DNA of 64,000 nt, taken from the IMG/VR virus record IMGVR_UViG_3300035180_001680. One strand, 5' to 3'. Source of the stretch: a virus. Lineage: Duplodnaviria; Caudoviricetes. The position numbers and the translations under genes are program-made. Positions within the stretch are counted from its first letter, which is position 1, and each line of letters begins with the position of its first letter. This document shows positions 59,372 through 64,000 of the stretch, piece by piece. A model generated the notes under the pieces. The model saw only the letters and a list, made by a program, of their open reading frames with translations, did not search any database and was not told the DNA's origin.

Positions 59372-59761
59372 ATGCGTGTCATGCCAACGGTTAACTTAAC
59401 CAATCACCAAAAAATGCTACTTGCTAAAATAGCAAATGCACCAGAATCCCCTAATGGTGGAAAAAAAATTCATATTGATAGTGATAAATTGAGTAGTGCA
59501 AAAGAATTTTTGTTGAAACTTAATTTAATTACATTTGATACAGAAACCGAATTAATGAATCTTACAGATACAGCAATAGTTCTAATGCAAGAGGAAGGCA
59601 TTTTGGATGAAACAGGACAACTTACAGATATAGGTAAACAATATGCAAAAGGAGAAACTCCTTCCACCACTGAAGAATCTGCTTCTCCTCAAAATCAACA
59701 ATTGTCAAACGAAACTTTTCACATTTCGTTTAAAAATTATCTTATGTTGCTCGAAAGGTAA
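59372..59761 (+). CDS. Hypothetical late protein
   Basis: TATAAATA at 59343-59350; GGAG RBS. Confidence 0.65.
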   Translation: MRVMPTVNLTNHQKMLLAKIANAPESPNGGKKIHIDSDKLSSAKEFLLKLNLITFDTETELMNLTDTAIVLMQEEGILDETGQLTDIGKQYAKGETPSTTEESASPQNQQLSNETFHISFKNYLMLLER

Positions 59762-60143
59762 TAATGTTACTCGGGGAAACTCTTCGTTTCCTACGAATCT
59801 TTTGAATGTTATCCATATCAAAGGAAGGAATTGGGCCAATAACTCGGGACACGGAATCCACAGCATACGAACGATATATTTTGGATGCTTCGGATGTTAA
59901 TCCTTTTTTTGCAAACTCTATTGATACAGGATATGGAGGATTTTTACTATTCCACCACTCATTTGCAACATTAATAATTTCAATTTCATCTACGTTTGCT
60001 ACTTCACAAAAGTCCAATACATATGCTTTTATTGTTTTTTTGTCACAATTGTCGATTATTGTTAATAAATGTTTTTCGTTAAACTGAATCAGTGTGATGA
60101 ATGAATAACCGTTATACTCTTCTGGATGTGTTTCTACTATCAT
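59742..60143 (-). CDS. Hypothetical protein
   Basis: Minus-strand late promoter (TATTTATA on + strand, 60173-60180) upstream. Confidence 0.7.
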   Translation of the reverse strand: MIVETHPEEYNGYSFITLIQFNEKHLLTIIDNCDKKTIKAYVLDFCEVANVDEIEIINVANEWWNSKNPPYPVSIEFAKKGLTSEASKIYRSYAVDSVSRVIGPIPSFDMDNIQKIRRKRRVSPSNIITFRAT

Positions 60144-60231
60144 GTTGTTCTCTGTAATTGTTCTTCACGGGTTATTTATAGTGTAGGAACGAATAGTGAT
60201 AAATAAATATAATAAATTGAAAAGAAAAAAT

Positions 60232-60762
60232 ATGCCTCTAACCTTTAAAGACTATTTGAGCAAAAACTCTATTACTAATCCTATTAATCGAAATCAAGCA
60301 AACGCTGGTTCTGGTTATTATGCTGGTTATAATAATCCACACAATAAACAACAGATTGGTGATGTTGTGGGTGGTTCTATATCTTCAACATTACCAGACG
60401 AAGACAATGAAGAAAATGATGATTTATTACAGTTAGATGTAGAAAATACTGAAGATCAAGATCAGATGGACCCACAACAAACGACAGTAGATGAACAAGA
60501 TCCTAATAGACAGGGAGCCATCCGTGTTGTTAAAGGTGCTCACCTGGTGTATAAACGTGAGTCAGAAGATGGAACTTTTTCAGAATTGTGGGTATATAAG
60601 ATTGGTGACCAACGAACAGATGAATTTAAAATTCGAAAAAATATACTGGCTGGAACAGATATTCCAATTGATAATACAGCATCAGAAGATGGAACACAAA
60701 CATATTCTTTGTGGACTTCCGGAAACGTTCAGATGATAAAAATTGAAGGATTACCAAATTAA
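60232..60762 (+). CDS. Hypothetical protein with acidic linker
   Basis: 'NRQGAIRVVKGAHLVYKRESEDGTFSELWVY...ILAGTDI' conserved-looking C-domain. Confidence 0.7.
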   Translation: MPLTFKDYLSKNSITNPINRNQANAGSGYYAGYNNPHNKQQIGDVVGGSISSTLPDEDNEENDDLLQLDVENTEDQDQMDPQQTTVDEQDPNRQGAIRVVKGAHLVYKRESEDGTFSELWVYKIGDQRTDEFKIRKNILAGTDIPIDNTASEDGTQTYSLWTSGNVQMIKIEGLPN

Positions 60763-60821
60763 TCGTAGATTTGTTTTTGTCTTTATTGTATAATATATGT
60801 TATATTTTGAAGAGGCAAAAC

Positions 60822-61160
60822 ATGAATGATAAACCTTCTATCATTGAAAATGATGAGTTTTCCTATGAATTAATAAGCGACTCCATTCAAGAATCTGTGG
60901 AAACAACAGATAAGTTAACAGTTGAAGAACAAGTTGAAACTGAAATAATGTCAATGCTTAAACAAGTTGTCGAATATAGATCAAAGTTCAGTGAAGCGAA
61001 GACGTCAGCTAAACGAAAGTATTTTTCAAAGAAAATTCAACACATTACACCAATAATCGAACAAGCATTATCATTCTATGAACGATTCAAAGTTCAAAAA
61101 CAAGCTGCTGTTGAAAAAAAGTTAGCTGAAATAAAAGAAGAATTAGTAGAGGTGGAATAA
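60822..61160 (+). CDS. Hypothetical protein
   Basis: Helical ORF, GAGG RBS. Confidence 0.65.
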   Translation: MNDKPSIIENDEFSYELISDSIQESVETTDKLTVEEQVETEIMSMLKQVVEYRSKFSEAKTSAKRKYFSKKIQHITPIIEQALSFYERFKVQKQAAVEKKLAEIKEELVEVE

Positions 61161-61771
61161 TGCTAATTGCTATTTCCGGGAGTCAAGGTAGTGGCAAATC
61201 TACCATTATTAATGAGTTAGTGAAACGAGAGTTCCATGATGGACAAGAATATGTTCACGCAAAAACGATTGATAGAAAAACTTCGCGGTCTATTCTCTCT
61301 GAATGGAATGTCACTCTAGAAGAAGTTAATAACAACCCTGATCTTACGCTTAAATTTCAAGACGAGATTATTCTTCGTAAATATAACGATGAATGTGATG
61401 CAGTTAATTCTTCCCAGTTGTATTATGGAGAACGGACGTATGCGGATTTATTTACATATGCGCTTATTTCTTTGGGAAAAGACAACAAATATTCAGACTG
61501 GTTAAATGAGTATTACAAAAGATGTATGTTGTTTCAACAACATTACGAGCATGTTTATTACTTACGTGCAGGATATTTTAATGTTGTAAGCGATGGGGTT
61601 CGTGGGGCAGGTAAACATTACAGTCGAATGGTTGATTTGGTTATGTTAGATTATACTCAACAGATGACGATGAGTAGTAAGATCAACACCATTCAAACAC
61701 CAGATTTGGAAGAACGTATTAATATAATTGCAACACAAAGTGAATATAATTGGAAAAATAAGACAAAATAA
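61160..61771 (+). CDS. P-loop nucleotide kinase (AAA_28 / dNMP-kinase-like)
   Basis: 'IAISGSQGSGKST', 'ERTYADLFTY', 'DGVR'. Confidence 0.75.
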   Translation: MLIAISGSQGSGKSTIINELVKREFHDGQEYVHAKTIDRKTSRSILSEWNVTLEEVNNNPDLTLKFQDEIILRKYNDECDAVNSSQLYYGERTYADLFTYALISLGKDNKYSDWLNEYYKRCMLFQQHYEHVYYLRAGYFNVVSDGVRGAGKHYSRMVDLVMLDYTQQMTMSSKINTIQTPDLEERINIIATQSEYNWKNKTK

Positions 61772-61784
61772 TAAGGAGAAATAT

Positions 61785-62777
61785 ATGTCATGTAGCGAAG
61801 GAACAGGATGCTGTGGTAATTGTGTGGATTCATCAACTGAAACCAATCTTTCAGATATTCAACATCAAAAGTCGCAACTTAAATCGTTTGATTGGGATTT
61901 AAAAGTTACAAAAGATGATATTCCAGATCCACAAAATTTACATTTTAATGAACACGCCCAAGTTAGGATTCCAAAAGTTGGAATTAAGAGTTTGGTGCTT
62001 CCACTAAACGTTAAGCGTCGTGCTGGAGATGTTATTACTGTTAAGGGTGATATAAGTGCTTACGTATCATTAGACGATGTTCATGCTCGGGGTATTAATA
62101 TGTCACGGTTAGCACGTTGTTTTTATGACCATGTAGACGGGAAAGGAAGTATTGAATTACTTGATTTGATTAAAGTCGTCGAAGATTATAAGGAAAAGTT
62201 ACCAGCAGTGGAAGGATATTTGAAAGTTCGCTTTGATTATCCATATAAACAGAAACACTGGCGTGAAGAACATTCCGGTTGGTTATACTATCCAACTGAA
62301 TTCGAAATTCAAGACGTTGACGGTGTACTGAAAACATACATAACTATCGTTTACACATATAACAGTGCCTGTCCATGTTCATATGAATTGGCACGTTATT
62401 CTCGTGAACAACTGGATACACCAGCAATTTCTCATTCACAACGAAGTGAAGCAACTATTAAGATTGAATTTGATCCATATTGTAATGATTTATTGTGGAT
62501 TGAGGATATTGTTGATCTTTGTCGTAAAATTCAACCATCAGAAGTATTATCGGGTATTGTAACTCGTGTTGGTGAATTTAGTATGGCTCAAATGGTTGGT
62601 AGTAATGACGCAATCGGGTTTATTGAAGATTTGTTGAGAAAGTTCTGGAAAGGTCTCAATGATGAACCAAGAATCACGGATTTTTCAGTAGGATTATGTC
62701 ACTTTGAAGCACTGAATGCTAACTTCGCGGTAGGATTTATTAATAAATCTCTGAAGTCAGGTGTTGGGTTGAGTTAA
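61785..62777 (+). CDS. folE2: GTP cyclohydrolase I type B (FolE2)
   Basis: 'IPKVGIK', 'RGINMSRL', 'YNSACPCS', 'HSQRS', 'FIEDLLR'. Confidence 0.88.
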   Translation: MSCSEGTGCCGNCVDSSTETNLSDIQHQKSQLKSFDWDLKVTKDDIPDPQNLHFNEHAQVRIPKVGIKSLVLPLNVKRRAGDVITVKGDISAYVSLDDVHARGINMSRLARCFYDHVDGKGSIELLDLIKVVEDYKEKLPAVEGYLKVRFDYPYKQKHWREEHSGWLYYPTEFEIQDVDGVLKTYITIVYTYNSACPCSYELARYSREQLDTPAISHSQRSEATIKIEFDPYCNDLLWIEDIVDLCRKIQPSEVLSGIVTRVGEFSMAQMVGSNDAIGFIEDLLRKFWKGLNDEPRITDFSVGLCHFEALNANFAVGFINKSLKSGVGLS

Positions 62778-62778
62778 T

Positions 62779-62802
62779 AAAAAGGGGCCTAGGCCCCTTT
62801 TT
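62779..62802. terminator. Bidirectional terminator
   Basis: Perfect palindrome AAAAAGGGGCCTAGGCCCCTTTTT between convergent genes. Confidence 0.9.
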
Positions 62803-63376
62803 AACTATGCAGTCTACTGGTTTCTGGAACATTCTGCATTAAATATTCCATCTGGTCAGCCAGAATCTTTCTGTTTGCAAGAATCAAAAATTCACTCTTT
62901 ACGGGGACATATGGAACATACAACAATTCCATGTTTGCACCTTGAGGAGTTCTGTCAGCCTTCCTATGGTTACAACTTTTGCAAGCGGATACCAAATTCA
63001 TCCACGTGTCTTTTCCATGCATCCGTTGGGGGATGATATGGTCACGAGTTAAACTATCTTCCGAGAAAGGACGTCCACAGTACGCACAGATGTGGCGATC
63101 TCGACGAAAAATTAATTTACTTGACAATGGTGGTTCCTTTGCAACTCTTTTCCATGTTTTCCCAACGTCCATACCATCAACAGCAATGATGCTTTGTGTT
63201 GAAATTTTGGAACGTTCTCCTGTCATACGTGAAGTTCCACCCATAAAGGTATAGTCACTCTGGCCATGTTGCCAAGCAACAAGACCTTTTGCATGATAAA
63301 CAATTGCATCTTGCCACGTAACCCACTGTCGCGGCATTCCTGATGTGTCCAAAGTTAAGATCAACGGTGCGCTCAA
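62801..63376 (-). CDS. HNH endonuclease (McrA/HNH_5 type)
   Basis: 'CAYCG...LTRDHIIP...TWMNLVSACKSCNHRKADRTP'. Confidence 0.9.
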   Translation of the reverse strand: MSAPLILTLDTSGMPRQWVTWQDAIVYHAKGLVAWQHGQSDYTFMGGTSRMTGERSKISTQSIIAVDGMDVGKTWKRVAKEPPLSSKLIFRRDRHICAYCGRPFSEDSLTRDHIIPQRMHGKDTWMNLVSACKSCNHRKADRTPQGANMELLYVPYVPVKSEFLILANRKILADQMEYLMQNVPETSRLHS

Positions 63377-63414
63377 TTTACTTCTCCAATATTAAATAAA
63401 GTTGTTCCGGAGGG

Positions 63415-63502
63415 CGGTGAATAGAGGAATTGAACCCCAACCTGTTTTTCAAGATCGATCTGTTTTCGAAACAGCCCCCAAGACCACAAGGGATTATTCA
63501 CC
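63415..63502 (-). tRNA. tRNA-Ser(CGA), 88 nt, long variable arm, probable 8/4 acceptor/T-stem
   Basis: GGTGAATA...TATTCACC-G; anticodon loop TTCGAAA; T-loop TTCAATT; G discriminator; followed by CCC, so CCA is not encoded. Confidence 0.82.
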
Positions 63503-63510
63503 ATAATATC

Positions 63511-63518
63511 TATTTATA
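63511..63518 (-). promoter_or_regulatory. Late promoter upstream of the tRNA
   Basis: TATTTATA on + strand, 8 nt from the tRNA 5' end. Confidence 0.6.
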
Positions 63519-63547
63519 GTAGCCCTTTTTGGGGGAAAGATCAACAG

Positions 63548-63883
63548 TTAATTTTGAGGAATTGGAAGAGTTTGCATTTCACGTTTATATCTATCCAACA
63601 ATGCTTTGTCAAGTGGAGTAGCTTGTTTAGTTTGAACTTTATATTCATACGTGAAAATGTAGTCGTCAAGTTGTTTCCGTCTCATCTCAATTCCTACGGA
63701 CCTTACTTGTTTTTGTATTTCGATCTGCTTTTGATCTTCTTGTTGGAATTGTTTGCTGACGTCAGTTGCATGAGCATATCTATCATCCACTGTATTAACA
63801 GCTACAAAAACACCCACCACTGAAACTAACATGCTTCCAGTAAGTTTCAATAAGTTCATCTTTTTTATGCTTTCTGTTATCAT
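63548..63883 (-). CDS. Small membrane-anchored coiled-coil protein
   Basis: One N-terminal hydrophobic helix followed by a coiled coil. Confidence 0.6.
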   Translation of the reverse strand: MITESIKKMNLLKLTGSMLVSVVGVFVAVNTVDDRYAHATDVSKQFQQEDQKQIEIQKQVRSVGIEMRRKQLDDYIFTYEYKVQTKQATPLDKALLDRYKREMQTLPIPQN

Positions 63884-63891
63884 AATATTTC

Positions 63892-64000
63892 CTATAGAAC
63901 TGCGATAATAACAACTTTTCCTGTATAAGTTTTAGTGAAATCAATTTGAATGTTGTTAGCGTCTATTACAGTAATTGATAAGGGGGAAATTATTACTTGA
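63892..64000 (-). CDS. 3' end of a virion-type protein (partial)
   Basis: Manual translation ...QVIISPLSITVIDANNIQIDFTKTYTGKVVIIAVL*. Confidence 0.5.
   Translation of the reverse strand, partial: QVIISPLSITVIDANNIQIDFTKTYTGKVVIIAVL

Noticed and set aside
63548-63883. Holin or spanin call
   Set aside because: One TM plus coiled coil is compatible, but there is no lipobox partner or adjacent endolysin, so support is insufficient.
1-64000. Stop-codon reassignment, as in some jumbo phages
   Set aside because: Core genes are full length in the standard code; TGA ends 1477..4380 and TAG ends 47311..47532 at sensible positions; the tRNA anticodon is CGA, not a suppressor.
1-64000. CRISPR array
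   Set aside because: No regularly spaced 25-45 nt repeats with unique spacers were seen; the repeats found are coding or microsatellite-like.

Overview
AT-rich window from a large T4-like (jumbo-type) myophage genome in the standard genetic code. It holds the head module (portal, protease, scaffold, major capsid), neck, tail and terminase genes, two large tail-fibre clusters, and recombination/replication genes (gp32, uvsX, uvsY, uvsW, clamp loader). It also has a GroES-like co-chaperonin, an M15 peptidase, FolE2 with an adjacent kinase, several free-standing endonucleases and one tRNA. T4-type late promoters (TATAAATA) precede many morphogenesis genes, and sigma70-type promoters precede some replication genes. 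Most notable: (1) a miniaturised DnaE/PolC-family polymerase in two genes about 11.5 kb apart, split just before the catalytic MPDxDxD motif; (2) a -1 frameshift signal (T TTT TTT plus a 9-bp hairpin) that would fuse the gp26-like hub gene to an unannotated gp51-like frame beside the tape-measure gene; (3) an RlaP-type nucleotidyltransferase split by a homing endonuclease, behind a decayed RNA ligase; (4) a tRNA-Ser(CGA) that folds best as a non-canonical 8/4 cloverleaf. All family assignments come from motif recognition by eye; no database searches were run.
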